A stretch of DNA of 54,646 nt from Chitinophaga pinensis (lineage in GTDB: Bacteria; Bacteroidota; Bacteroidia; NS11-12g; UBA9320). Position numbers and translations under genes: made by a program. This document shows positions 9,903 through 20,500 of the stretch, piece by piece (within the stretch, counting starts at the first letter, position 1; each line of letters opens with the position of its first letter). The stretch spans positions 1-54,646 of the forward strand of contig CAMDXE010000002.1 of the NCBI GenBank assembly GCA_945878925.1. The letters are read 5' to 3'. The notes under the pieces are model-generated. The model saw nothing but the letters and a program-made list of their open reading frames with translations. It had not been told where the DNA came from and searched no databases.

Positions 9903-10097
9903 CTAATTTTTAGGCTTTTTCAACAAAGCTTCCCCTTTTGGCAGTCGCCGAGCCCAAGCCGGCAAGGGCTCTTCCCAATTTTCCGGATCGGTTTCGCCGT
10001 AGATCATATATTCCACTAAGCCTCTGTTTAGAACGTAGCCCATTTCTCCTGCGAATTTCTCTATCCGCTCTTTGCGTGCTAATTCGTATGAATCCAT
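9903..10097 (-). CDS. hypothetical small protein (64 aa)
   Basis: ATG-initiated ORF 56 nt downstream of, and co-directional with, the 1551-aa giant. It is charged and soluble-looking (MDSYELARKERIEKFAGEMGY...). I recognise no family. Confidence 0.35.
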   Translation of the reverse strand: MDSYELARKERIEKFAGEMGYVLNRGLVEYMIYGETDPENWEEPLPAWARRLPKGEALLKKPKN

Positions 10098-10153
10098 GGT
10101 TTCGGTTTCTAAAAATGAGTTTTGTTGCCTTTTTATATAGGCACTTAAAAGTC

Positions 10154-13100
10154 TTATCTAATTAAGGTAACTGTGCCTGTATAGGTAAACACCTTATTGA
10201 TAAAATTGGTAACCTGCACTTCATAAACATAGGCATCGGTTGCACATGGCTCGCCTTTATAAATACCATCCCATGGCTCATCTAATTTTGTAGTTTTATA
10301 AAGTATTTCTCCCCAACGGTTAAAAACCATGAGTTGATAGGTATTGTAGCCACTTGCTTGTACATTGAATTTGTTATTTTTAATAGGGCCAAATCCATCG
10401 GGCGTAAACACATTAGGAATGTATACTAAGATATCTGGACCAACGATTACAGAATGGGTAATGGTATCGCGGCATCCAAAATTTGTTTCTACCATTAGCG
10501 TAACCTGATAAATATTGGTATCGCTCGAATAATAATACTCAGGATTTACATCAGTCGAAGTGTCGGTGTCAATCAATAAATCTCCAAAATTCCATTCATT
10601 CGCTATTATTTTACTACCCATGGTAGAACTTACCACACTGTTATTTGTAAACCTAAACCTTGGCAACGCCGCAGTGGTCGAATTATTTGGATTAGGCGTA
10701 AAGTCGGCCTTGGGCAAGGGGTAGGCATCAATGTTTAATGGGCCTACCTTAGTAGCGCAACCAAATTCACTGGTTAAAGTTAAGAACACAGGATAGGTTC
10801 CTTCTAGGACAAATTTTTCAGCAGGGTTTTGAAGACTGCTTTTTGCACCGTTGCCAAAATCCCAAGCATATATTGTTTTAGAGGCATCTACGCCATTGCT
10901 TATAGTGCTGGTAAAGTTGGCTGTATGTGGCACACAAGCGTTGGGGTCGTCCACTGCAATAGTAGCTTGTGGGTTTGGGTTTATGGTTATGTTTATGGCA
11001 TTTTGATCGAAAGGGCAAACCCCGGTAGCATCGGTAAATGCTGTAATAACAATATTTGTGCTGCTATCGCTTCGCGGTTTAATGGTAAAAGTGGCAGGGT
11101 TATTATTGCTCAATTGGGTATTGTTCTCAAAATTAGCAAGCAAGGGGTCGGCGCTATGTACCCAATTTATTTTTGGGGTATTTGCAAATTGTGCCCTAAG
11201 GTTAATGGTTATTGAATTACTGTGGCAATAGCTTGTATCCTTGGTCAGTATAGTAAGTGTGGGTTTGCTCTGCACAAAAGCCAGTAAGCTTTTAATGGTG
11301 TCGCATTTAGTTGTGGGGTGAACATAGGTGTAAGTTAAGGATATCCATTTGTCGCGCTCGGTACTTGGAACTGCGCTTGGTTTAAATTTGCTTCCACTAA
11401 CAATACCGGGAATAGTGCTCGACCAAGTGCCTCCTGCTGGAGCTGCATCGAGGTTAACATCGCCATCAACTTGGCAGTAGGTGCTGTTATTAAGATTCGG
11501 ACTTAAGCCAATGGTGACATTTGGCAGAGGATTAATTCGGATTAAGGTATCCTTTTTTACATAACATCCACTTGACAAGTCGATATAGCGCAATTTGTAT
11601 AATCCCGGACCATTTTGAAGATTTATTTTCTTAGTATCCAGGGTGTCGCCGTTATTATTGTCTAAACCAGCCTTCAATATTCCTTTTGATTTTGTAAAAC
11701 CGGCACTGTCAATAACCGACCATGTACCTGAAGTGGGTTTGGTACTGCTTAGGGTTGTTAAATCTACAATTCCTTCATCAATACAAAGGTCTTTAAAACC
11801 ATTGAAGGTGATTATGGGAACCTTCACAATATAAAATTTGGCAGTGTCTTTATTGTAACATCCTTCGCCATCCAATATTGTAATTTCAAGCACCAAGGAG
11901 TCTCTACTGCTGCCGCCCAAATCAATCACAGATTTGTCGACAATCAGCGAAAAATCAAAGTTTAAACTCATGTCATCGTCAACCACCAAATCGGTTAAAG
12001 TACACATTCCGCCTCCAGTTTTTGGCAAGCTTCTTAAAAGCCTAAACGTAACCTGAGTCATCGAATTTAAATTTATGGGTGTTTTAATAAAAATTGGCAA
12101 AGGCGCAGCGGCTTTTAACTTTACTTTTATTGCATTTTGGCATAAGGTTCCGCCATCAAATTGAAGCGAGGGCAATGGATTTATGGTAAATCGAGAGCTG
12201 TCTTTGTTTATACACGTGGTGTTTGGGTCGGTATAGGTGTAAATTAAGGTAAAAATACCAGCCTTTTTTGGATCGCAAGCCGATGGGGTTAAAAACGTAT
12301 TGCTGTTTACAAAAGCCGAATTTTGCCTGCAGTCCCAAGTTCCTCCAGTTGGTGTGCCAAACAGGGAACTATTTAAAGATACATTGCCATAATCGCAGCA
12401 GTATTTTTGTGGCGCACATACCAACATATCTGGCAATGGATTCACTTTTATGTTAACCGTATCTGAACCATAACATCGCAGCGTATCTTCTTGAACTTCT
12501 AATTCTAAAAGGTAATCGTAGGTGTTTTGTGTTTTAAACTTCAGTTTGGCTTGTGTACTTAATATTGGAAGACTTTTTGGCAATCCTTTATACCAATAAT
12601 AAGTTCCCGATTTTGCATTATTTACGGTATCGAGTCCTGAGGCATTCAAGATTAATTCATCGTTAAAACATAATACCTGATCAGGCCCGGCATTGGTATA
12701 CAGAGTGTCGTTTACAATCAACTGCATGCTGTCGGTATTTGTACATCCTAAGCTGTCTTTGACGGTAATGGTATAAAGCCCTCGCTGAGCAATGCGCGAA
12801 AAAGTATCGGTGTTGTAAGGGTTGCCTTCATGTGCCCATTGCCACAGCAAGGTGTCGCCTTGTTGGAGAGTGTCGTTTGTATCGGGATTTATCCACCAAG
12901 CCACTTGAGCTTTTGGGGTAATGGTAACGCTATCGTACCAGCAAATTCGTATATCGGGCCCCATCAAAACTTTAGGGTTTTCTTTTAAAAACACATTGAT
13001 AGTATCGTAGGCGGTACATCCTTTTTTGTCCGAAATCTCCACTCTAAAAATGCTATCGGAGGAGTTCATAAATACATCAATAATGTCTAGGGTATCTTTA

Positions 13101-14809
13101 GGGTCATGTGAGGGCGCAAACCATTTATACTTATAGGCTGGAACCCCATTGTAGGTTCTTGCTGCAAGCCTCAAGGTTGTGTTGGCGCAAACGAAAGTAT
13201 CGGGACCAACCGATAAGTTTACCTCTAATAAGTTAGGGATGATTAGGGTGTCAAAATATTCAGTAGGACAATTTAATTGGGGGTTGTTGATGGTATGATG
13301 AACAATATATTTTCCTCCTTTTCTGAAAATAATGGTATCGAGTTGTTTTTTCGATTTCAAGGCATTATTGCTTTTGAAACTGTATGTTTTTTTGTCAAGA
13401 AATTGCCCATACTTATCACTTACCTCCCAGCTATAGGTGGGGGTTCCTCTGAACCCATTGACGGGAACACTTTTACACGAATAGGTTCCACAAATCAGTG
13501 TATCGTATACCCTAGCGGCTTCGGCAATAAAGTTTACTTTAATGGAAAAGGATCGCACGGTTACAGCATTTCTTGGACAGGCATTATCTTTGGCCGTTAC
13601 GGTAAACGTATAGGGAAGATCGCTGGCTTGATTTTTTTTAGGGGTCCAACAAAATTGCCCTACCCTTTCCCGGACCGTCGTGTCTTTGATGACGAATGTA
13701 GCGCCAGGTATGGCATTATTCCATGTCAATTTTACTGTATCGGGTGGAGGCGAGGTTGCGGGTGGAGGAAGTTTAAAGGGCTTGTCTTCGGTGGTAACAT
13801 CAAAACACAGTTTTGTGCCCGCACAAACAGAATATTTAAAGGATTTGTTCGTAATTTTTGGGGGATTATTGCCAGGGCAACTCAAAACAGTAATGTACAT
13901 ATCGCGCCGTGTTGTCCCTAATTTTTTCCATTTACCGGTACTATCTTTTCGGTATTCGTCAATCATTAGGCACAATGGGCCATTTTCATCACATTTGGTT
14001 GGGGTAAAAATAATGTCACCAGTTTCGTAATCGATATAAAAACCAATTGGAGGATCTGCATTTTGATTGTACTTTGTTTTGTCTGTCCATCCTCCTGGAA
14101 AGTAGGACGATAGGGGGTAATTTTTGCTCCACCCCGACAACCACGAAACGGCCGTAAAACTTGCACTCAAGGGTTCGGCTAAGCTATAAGCCAACGAATC
14201 GCCTGTGTCGAGCAAATCAAGCGTTCCTGCATTGATGTATGCTGGTTGGTTGCAGCATAAAAAACACATGGCAATATTGGTAAACCTAGGCGAATTATTT
14301 CCTTTTTTTCCAATATTACAAAGATCCATCATCGCTTCGCCGCCATAGGTGGTTGTTGAAGTAGTGGTACTCACAAGGCCCCACGGTTGGGCCACTCTCA
14401 GTTTTACTTGGCAGCAGCTTCCAAAACTTTTAAAAGGATTGGCGTCGAAATTTATGGTATCTACAAAAATATGTTCTTCGATTCCCAAGCGACTTCCTCC
14501 TGTATTGGTACAAGGCAATTGTTCGGAACTGCAAACAGGCGTAATGTCTCTGATGCTAACCCTTGCAGGTTTGGTGGTAATGGATGTGCTGCCGCAAATG
14601 ACCGTAAACGTGGGCATAACCGATAATTTGCACTGACATTGATGATATAAAATATATTTTATGGCATATTTCCTGCCTCCTAAATGGGTATAAATGATGT
14701 CAGATCCATTTATAATATCGCATGCTTTTACAAGCTCAGGGCTTAATAATGACCCAATTAGACTAGTTAAAAGTATGAGTTTTAGCCAAATTGATTTTAT
14801 GTTTAACAT
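10154..14809 (-). CDS. large cell-surface protein with Cys-rich N-terminal head, Ig/PKD-like repeats and T9SS type-B C-terminal sorting domain
   Basis: 1551 aa with the signal peptide MLNIKSIWLKLILLTSLIGSLL. PKD signatures occur near the C-terminus (YAWDFGNGAKS, NEWNFGD). The terminal sequence YIPNVFTPDGFG..VFNRWGEILYK..WDGIYKGEP..YVYEV..GTVTLIR is a type-B CTD. Confidence 0.85.
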   Translation of the reverse strand: MLNIKSIWLKLILLTSLIGSLLSPELVKACDIINGSDIIYTHLGGRKYAIKYILYHQCQCKLSVMPTFTVICGSTSITTKPARVSIRDITPVCSSEQLPCTNTGGSRLGIEEHIFVDTINFDANPFKSFGSCCQVKLRVAQPWGLVSTTTSTTTYGGEAMMDLCNIGKKGNNSPRFTNIAMCFLCCNQPAYINAGTLDLLDTGDSLAYSLAEPLSASFTAVSWLSGWSKNYPLSSYFPGGWTDKTKYNQNADPPIGFYIDYETGDIIFTPTKCDENGPLCLMIDEYRKDSTGKWKKLGTTRRDMYITVLSCPGNNPPKITNKSFKYSVCAGTKLCFDVTTEDKPFKLPPPATSPPPDTVKLTWNNAIPGATFVIKDTTVRERVGQFCWTPKKNQASDLPYTFTVTAKDNACPRNAVTVRSFSIKVNFIAEAARVYDTLICGTYSCKSVPVNGFRGTPTYSWEVSDKYGQFLDKKTYSFKSNNALKSKKQLDTIIFRKGGKYIVHHTINNPQLNCPTEYFDTLIIPNLLEVNLSVGPDTFVCANTTLRLAARTYNGVPAYKYKWFAPSHDPKDTLDIIDVFMNSSDSIFRVEISDKKGCTAYDTINVFLKENPKVLMGPDIRICWYDSVTITPKAQVAWWINPDTNDTLQQGDTLLWQWAHEGNPYNTDTFSRIAQRGLYTITVKDSLGCTNTDSMQLIVNDTLYTNAGPDQVLCFNDELILNASGLDTVNNAKSGTYYWYKGLPKSLPILSTQAKLKFKTQNTYDYLLELEVQEDTLRCYGSDTVNIKVNPLPDMLVCAPQKYCCDYGNVSLNSSLFGTPTGGTWDCRQNSAFVNSNTFLTPSACDPKKAGIFTLIYTYTDPNTTCINKDSSRFTINPLPSLQFDGGTLCQNAIKVKLKAAAPLPIFIKTPINLNSMTQVTFRLLRSLPKTGGGMCTLTDLVVDDDMSLNFDFSLIVDKSVIDLGGSSRDSLVLEITILDGEGCYNKDTAKFYIVKVPIITFNGFKDLCIDEGIVDLTTLSSTKPTSGTWSVIDSAGFTKSKGILKAGLDNNNGDTLDTKKINLQNGPGLYKLRYIDLSSGCYVKKDTLIRINPLPNVTIGLSPNLNNSTYCQVDGDVNLDAAPAGGTWSSTIPGIVSGSKFKPSAVPSTERDKWISLTYTYVHPTTKCDTIKSLLAFVQSKPTLTILTKDTSYCHSNSITINLRAQFANTPKINWVHSADPLLANFENNTQLSNNNPATFTIKPRSDSSTNIVITAFTDATGVCPFDQNAINITINPNPQATIAVDDPNACVPHTANFTSTISNGVDASKTIYAWDFGNGAKSSLQNPAEKFVLEGTYPVFLTLTSEFGCATKVGPLNIDAYPLPKADFTPNPNNSTTAALPRFRFTNNSVVSSTMGSKIIANEWNFGDLLIDTDTSTDVNPEYYYSSDTNIYQVTLMVETNFGCRDTITHSVIVGPDILVYIPNVFTPDGFGPIKNNKFNVQASGYNTYQLMVFNRWGEILYKTTKLDEPWDGIYKGEPCATDAYVYEVQVTNFINKVFTYTGTVTLIR

Positions 14810-14937
14810 TATTGAGAACTAAGAAAAATGATACCTCAATGATACAATAAAAAAGTAAATAAAAAAGAACAACAAATTCAAAAAGGCATGTTAATGTCCT
14901 AAATGACAATGGATGACTTCAACAGGTTACGTAATTT

Positions 14938-16290
14938 TTATTTTAAAATATTCAAATATTCGTCGTGCCCTGATTTTAATAAAGTCAACAATTCCTCCAT
15001 TTCTTTAGTTAAACTATACTTTAATGATTTTTTGTTGCGCCCAATTATCCATAATTTTAAATTGCTCAATCCTCGTTTTAACTTGTTAAAGTAGCGGAAT
15101 GTAAAAAGCCCTAAAGATAGTAGTATGAAAAAAAATGACACAGAGATTACAATATTATGGCAAACTTGATACATCCCCCAAGTTAGTAAAGTGCCATTTA
15201 CTGTAAAAATTAATAAGCCTAAAACCAGAACGATAGACCCGAAAAAGTCTGTTTTTTGTACCAGTTTTTTGGCTAAAAAATTGGTTAACGTGTATGGCAA
15301 AAAATTAAGTAAAAGCCCAGCAATAAATACCGGAAACCCAAGCAAAAGATAAACAGCCAATGCTACTGGATTTGAATGCCATGGGCGATTAGCATTTGGG
15401 AAATAGCTTTGGCCTGTATTGAAATTTAATAAATTAGCGATGCTGGTATAGCGCTGCACCTTGTGTTCGATGTCTAGCAAAACGTCAAGTTTTTCTTTTT
15501 TGAAATAATCTATGGTGGCGGCAATATCTTTTCGCGCCAGAAACCAATTGGCGTGCTCTTTGTTTTCGGCAACCCCAAAACGCTGCGGGGCAATGCTTAC
15601 TATTTTTTCAATTTGGTTGGTAAGGTCATACCAGCGGCTGTCGTCCACAATCACCACACGATTGCGAAGTTCAATTTCAATTTCTTCCGTTAATTTTTGG
15701 ACACTTATTTTTGGGTTTTCCTTATTCAATGCAGCATATTTCGAAAGGGATATGGGTTTGCCTACATTCAAAAATAATTGGCCCTGAAAATGATGAGGAT
15801 TAGTATAATTAATGCCAATGGGAACAAGTTGTATATTTAGTGAGAATTCGTTTAAGGCTTCGGCGCCTAATGCAATTCGAGCGGCACCTGTTTTTAATGG
15901 CAAGAGTATTGGTTTTGATTGACTTGCGCCTTCGGGAAAAAGCACTAAAACTCCATTTTTTTCAAGCAACCGATAGCAATATTCAAACGTATCTTCGTTT
16001 TTACCCATATCCTCCGGGGTTTTATCTTTCCGGTAGATGGGAATGGCATTTAATTTTCCAAGCAGTTTGGCCAAAAAAGCATTTTTGAAGGATTCGCCAC
16101 GTGCCAAAAAATGCACCTTTCGTTTCGAATATACGGCTACAACCAAGGGGTCCATAAAGGCAGATCGATGGTTGGGCAATAAAATAACAGGCCCATCCGA
16201 CGGGATGTTATCTTCATTGCGAATTTGTATTTCGCTAAAATACGTACGAACGGCAAATGTAAAAATTGCCTTAAAGAATGAATACAGCAT
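14938..16290 (-). CDS. PlsC/GPAT-family glycerolipid acyltransferase with C-terminal multi-TM extension
   Basis: 450 aa. The acyltransferase motifs are NHRSAFMDP (HX4D), FPEGASQS and LKTGAARIAL. The C-terminal ~130 aa contain several hydrophobic helices (VALAVYLLLGFPVFIAGLLLNFL, FFGSIVLVLGLLIFTV, VISVSFFFILLSLGLFTF). Confidence 0.8.
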   Translation of the reverse strand: MLYSFFKAIFTFAVRTYFSEIQIRNEDNIPSDGPVILLPNHRSAFMDPLVVAVYSKRKVHFLARGESFKNAFLAKLLGKLNAIPIYRKDKTPEDMGKNEDTFEYCYRLLEKNGVLVLFPEGASQSKPILLPLKTGAARIALGAEALNEFSLNIQLVPIGINYTNPHHFQGQLFLNVGKPISLSKYAALNKENPKISVQKLTEEIEIELRNRVVIVDDSRWYDLTNQIEKIVSIAPQRFGVAENKEHANWFLARKDIAATIDYFKKEKLDVLLDIEHKVQRYTSIANLLNFNTGQSYFPNANRPWHSNPVALAVYLLLGFPVFIAGLLLNFLPYTLTNFLAKKLVQKTDFFGSIVLVLGLLIFTVNGTLLTWGMYQVCHNIVISVSFFFILLSLGLFTFRYFNKLKRGLSNLKLWIIGRNKKSLKYSLTKEMEELLTLLKSGHDEYLNILK

Positions 16291-16365
16291 AGGCTTTAAA
16301 TAAATTTATTACAATGATTTGAAAAGCTAATTTAGGACGATTCAAAGGAATTTTTTGAATTTGAA

Positions 16366-17244
16366 TTAGAAATATCGAATGGCTCTAACGCAAGCCTTGT
16401 AATCTTTCAAACCTGACTCGGGTTTGCCATCTCCAAAATTTTGAAACCAGGAATAATTTATAATAAACTCGCTGGAACTCCAATAATCTTTAATCGAAAA
16501 ATTGCCTATTGCAGATTGATTTTGGTAAAGCACATCTAATTCGTCTTTGCTAGGTAGAGCCCAGTCGGTATAAGTTCCCAACACCAAATCGGCACAAAGT
16601 TTGGCAGCAATTCCTGCCGTAGTACACCCCGCTACAATGTCGAGTGTATTTTGGTAACCCGTTCCTAATATTTCGGCATCGGCTCCGGTGAGGGTCGATC
16701 CAATGCATCCCCACTCGGCCCCAATGCTCTGATCGTTTGCGGCGGCAATAATTCCATGTGTTTGGCCCGGTATATGTCCAGGATCGCTAACCTGCAAGAT
16801 ATAGGCCACTTTTCCTCCTTGAAATACAGAACCTAACACCAAATCCAACGATTTAAATGTAATTTCTTGTCCATAGGAAGTGCCTGCACTATTGGTGGCA
16901 TAAGCTCTTACATAATAGGGGGTATTGGCCATCAAATTATTCATAGTTCCAGCGAAGGTTCCCGAATCTTTTCCATCTATGGTTTTAAAATTTAAGATGG
17001 TCGGGTTTTTGACGCTGTTCCAACAAATGCCACTCGACGTTATTTTTAAACCCCCATTGCTAGTTATAGTCCCTCCGCCTAAAGCCGATAAGGGCGTGAT
17101 GGCGCTTATGGCATTGGTAGTGATAACCGGAACTTGCGATACTGGTATTGGCTCATCGATAACTGGAGCACAACTTGTGATAAAACTTAGGGATAGACCA
17201 ATACTTACAAAATGAGTCCATGCACTTTTTAATATTTTTTTCAT
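16366..17244 (-). CDS. lipoprotein with DUF1566 (Lcl C-terminal-like) domain
   Basis: I use ATG at 17244 (MKKILKSAWTHFVSIGLSLSFITSC, lipobox Cys) rather than the TTG at 17262. The N-terminal Ig/FN3-like module has the motif TPYYVRAYATNSAGTSYGQEITF. The C-terminal motifs TDWALPSKDELDVLY, YWSSSE and VRAIRYF are typical of DUF1566. Confidence 0.75.
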   Translation of the reverse strand: MKKILKSAWTHFVSIGLSLSFITSCAPVIDEPIPVSQVPVITTNAISAITPLSALGGGTITSNGGLKITSSGICWNSVKNPTILNFKTIDGKDSGTFAGTMNNLMANTPYYVRAYATNSAGTSYGQEITFKSLDLVLGSVFQGGKVAYILQVSDPGHIPGQTHGIIAAANDQSIGAEWGCIGSTLTGADAEILGTGYQNTLDIVAGCTTAGIAAKLCADLVLGTYTDWALPSKDELDVLYQNQSAIGNFSIKDYWSSSEFIINYSWFQNFGDGKPESGLKDYKACVRAIRYF

Positions 17245-17542
17245 AATCCTTACTAATAGCAATTATAATATATTGAGCTATAAATGTATGAGTTTTTAAC
17301 AATTAAATACCGTGTTCAGATAGAGTATAGGTGTCAAAAAACAAAAAAATTTAGCTCACTTATCAGCCTTTAAACTTTAGCATTTTGCCTTAATTTTAAT
17401 GGTATTTAAAATTAATAACGATGGCTTCGGCCTTTTTTTTGCTGATAATTTCAAACAAATCTAGGCTAAAATTCAATTATTTGATATGAATTTGTAAGCT
17501 TCTCCAAAAATAGTACACTTTAAAAGTAAACAGGAAACGCAC

Positions 17543-20500
17543 TTATTTAATCAGAGTTACTGTGCCGGTTTGTTGGTAAAAGTTGTAGCCACACATATAT
17601 TGACAAATATAAACATAGGCCTCTAACTGGGCTGCTTGCCCATTTACACTACCATCCCAACTTACTTCCGGATCGGTTGTAGTAAATACTTTTTCGCCCC
17701 AACGATTATAAATGGTAAGTCGTGCAAGTCTTAAATCTTTGCTATTTTTAGGTATAACATAATATTCATTTAGTCCATCATTATTTACACTAAACGCATT
17801 GGGAATAAAATACTTTGATTTGTCGCATTCTATATTTTCTTTAGATGTAGTGGTGTCAATTGGGGTAAAACCGTTGCAACTATCAATGGTAATGGTATCG
17901 GTAATTTGACAGCCTTCTTTGGTTTTTACACTCACCCAATATTTGCCTGGTTTTGTTATTTGGATGCCGCTACCAATGCTGCCGGTATTCCATTTTATAT
18001 CCGTAAAATTACCAGAAATAATATTCAAATTCTTGTATTTCCCAAATGGCAAACAGGTGTCTTTTTCCAATAAGTTGCTGTTAAATTTAAGAATATCTAA
18101 ACTAAGATTTTTCGATTTTGAAATGCAATTGCTATTATCTGCAGTTATATTATAAACCCCCGCTACCGTTAGTTTTCGGGTAGCGCCTTTAAATCCATCA
18201 TTCCATGTATAGGTAGTAATGCCATCTTCAACAAGTTTTATTTCTATTTTCTTGCTTTCGCAAATACTGTAACAACCGGTGGGGAAAATATTAATATCAG
18301 GACTATTATATATTGTAACAGACTTGTAAGCCTTGGATGCACACCCAAAGTTGTTTATTACGTTTACCGTATAATAATCGGAATTGTGTATAGTGATTTT
18401 TCGATTAATACTTTTGGTATTCCAATGCAATTTATTAAACGGATCAATATTGTTGGCCGTTAAGGTTACTATTTGGTTGCTGCATAATGTACCCGAGGGT
18501 AACACCGTAATAAATGGAATTTTAGGTGAGGGATAAATGTTAATACTTTTACTGGCCGTATCTGAACATCCGGTTAGTTTTTCTGTAACTATTAACTTGT
18601 ATAAACCTCCGTCGTTGGGGGTTGTAGGCCCCAATTGAAAATAATAGGTTTTGTTATTTAAGGATACACTATTTTTAAACCAGTCGAACGTATAATTATT
18701 ATTGTAATCTGCATTTAAATAGAGATAGTTGTTTTCACAATTTGAACTATAATATGGCACTAAAATAACCGCTTTGGGCTTTGGGATTATTTGGGTTTTC
18801 ACCGTGTCCGAATTCCCTTTACAACCCGTTGTTTTATCAGTAAGTCTTACATAAAACTGTCCGGCTTTTTTAACGGTAATTGATTGCGTTGTGTCCATGT
18901 TATTCCAGCGGTAAAGCAAATTTTTAGCAGCAGTTAGGTTTATGCTTTTTCCTTCGCAAAATTTCAAAGCACCCGATGCGGTAAGTTTTGGGAAATTAGG
19001 TGAGGTAATACCGATAGTTTTAGTAATGGAGTCCTTGCAATTTTTGGCATCTTTTACCCATAGTTTTACCTGGTAATTCTGAGCTTTATTAAACATTGTT
19101 GAAGGATTGGCATAAAACTCTTTGGAATTATTGCCAAAATCCCAACGATAGGCTGATAAAGCCGAGGTGTGCAATGGCGTGGAATTAAAGAATACCGGCA
19201 TATTTATGCATGAACCTGTATTTTTAAAATCAGCTTTTAACCAATTCACCTTAATATCTTTTTCAATAAAATCAGTACATACCCCGTCATTAATCGAAAG
19301 TTTTACCTTAAAATTTTGCGTTGGAGGGGTATAAGTGTAAGATGCGTTGGATGCTGTTGAGCTTTTGCTGTCACCAAATTCCCACAGTTTACTTGTAATT
19401 CCTAAGGCTGATGTGGTTTTATCTGTAAAATCAACGCTCCCATTGCACAAAATTTTAGAATCAAACATGGCATTAATCAAGGATTTTACTTCAATAGTCT
19501 GGCTGCACTTTTCCCAGTCTATACCATCATTGCTATAATAAATATCGACGGTGTGGTATCCGGCAGTTGTAAATCTATGTTTTGGGTTTTTGTCAGTCGA
19601 ATAAATTTTATCGCCAAAATCCCAATGGTAATATGTTGCATTTACCAAAGCAGTAAATTCAATTGGATTGCACAAAGGGTTTTTAACCGAGAATACAGGA
19701 TAATTGCAATTGGAGCTTAGTTTCTTTTTATTGCATTTGCCTGTACATGATCCTGAAGTACATGTTCCTGTTGTTAAATCAACAACGACTTTAAACGTAA
19801 ATTCTTCTGAACATCCGTACTCATTGGTTATTTTGCATGTGTAATCACCGCTTGCATTTATATAAATTTCTCTGGTGGTTTCTCCTGTTTTCCATAAATA
19901 TTTTTCAGCATCAGGCACACTCACTATTTCACCAATTATATAAGGATAGGGGGAGTTGGAAACACCGGCTGTAAGTTTTAATGAAGCGCTTTCAAATTTA
20001 TTGCTTGGCAATTTGGTTAATGTAATTTCGCCATAGCCTGAGCAACCCCAAACAGTTTCTACCGCAACACTAAAGGTGCCGGCAGAAGTAACAGTTATAG
20101 CTTGTGTGGTTTCACTTGTGTTCCATGTATATTTTTTAAATTCTTCAACTACTTTTATGTCGGCAATAGTGCCATCGCAATTCAATTTTTCTAAAACAAA
20201 GGTCGGGTTCAATACAGGTTTGATAATTACTAATTTTTCGATTTCAGAATAACAAACCGTATTAATTAATCGGATAATACCTGTTCTTTCATCAGTCCAT
20301 TTAATATCAACCGATTTTTTATCAGACGCTATTTCATAATCAGCTCCCGATATTTCCCAATTCATGGCATTGTTATAATTTCCTTTGAGGGTGTATTTTT
20401 CTAATTCATTAATACAAACCACAGTATCGCCCAAAATTTCAGGCATAGAGTTGTCAATTACTGTTACAGTTAGTAGCGCCGTATCCTGGCAATAAATACC

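Noticed and set aside
10829-14636. Long antisense ORFs lie inside the 1551-aa gene (10829-11215, 13277-13921, 13680-14030, 14349-14636). There are similar ones inside the other large genes (for example 43338-43727, 47262-47681, 23433-23771, 25777-26073).
   Set aside because: They lie entirely within well-supported genes on the opposite strand. Their products are low-complexity and Gly/Cys/Arg-odd, with no recognisable motifs. This is typical of shadow ORFs.
17421-17440. A GGC-TTCG-GCC mini-hairpin followed by T8 on the plus strand lies in the 280-nt spacer between the 1674-aa gene and the DUF1566 gene. It could be the terminator of an unannotated plus-strand sRNA.
   Set aside because: The stem is only 3 bp. 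There is no plus-strand promoter box or ORF upstream, and both neighbours are minus-strand genes. That is insufficient to call an RNA gene. It might act weakly as a bidirectional terminator.
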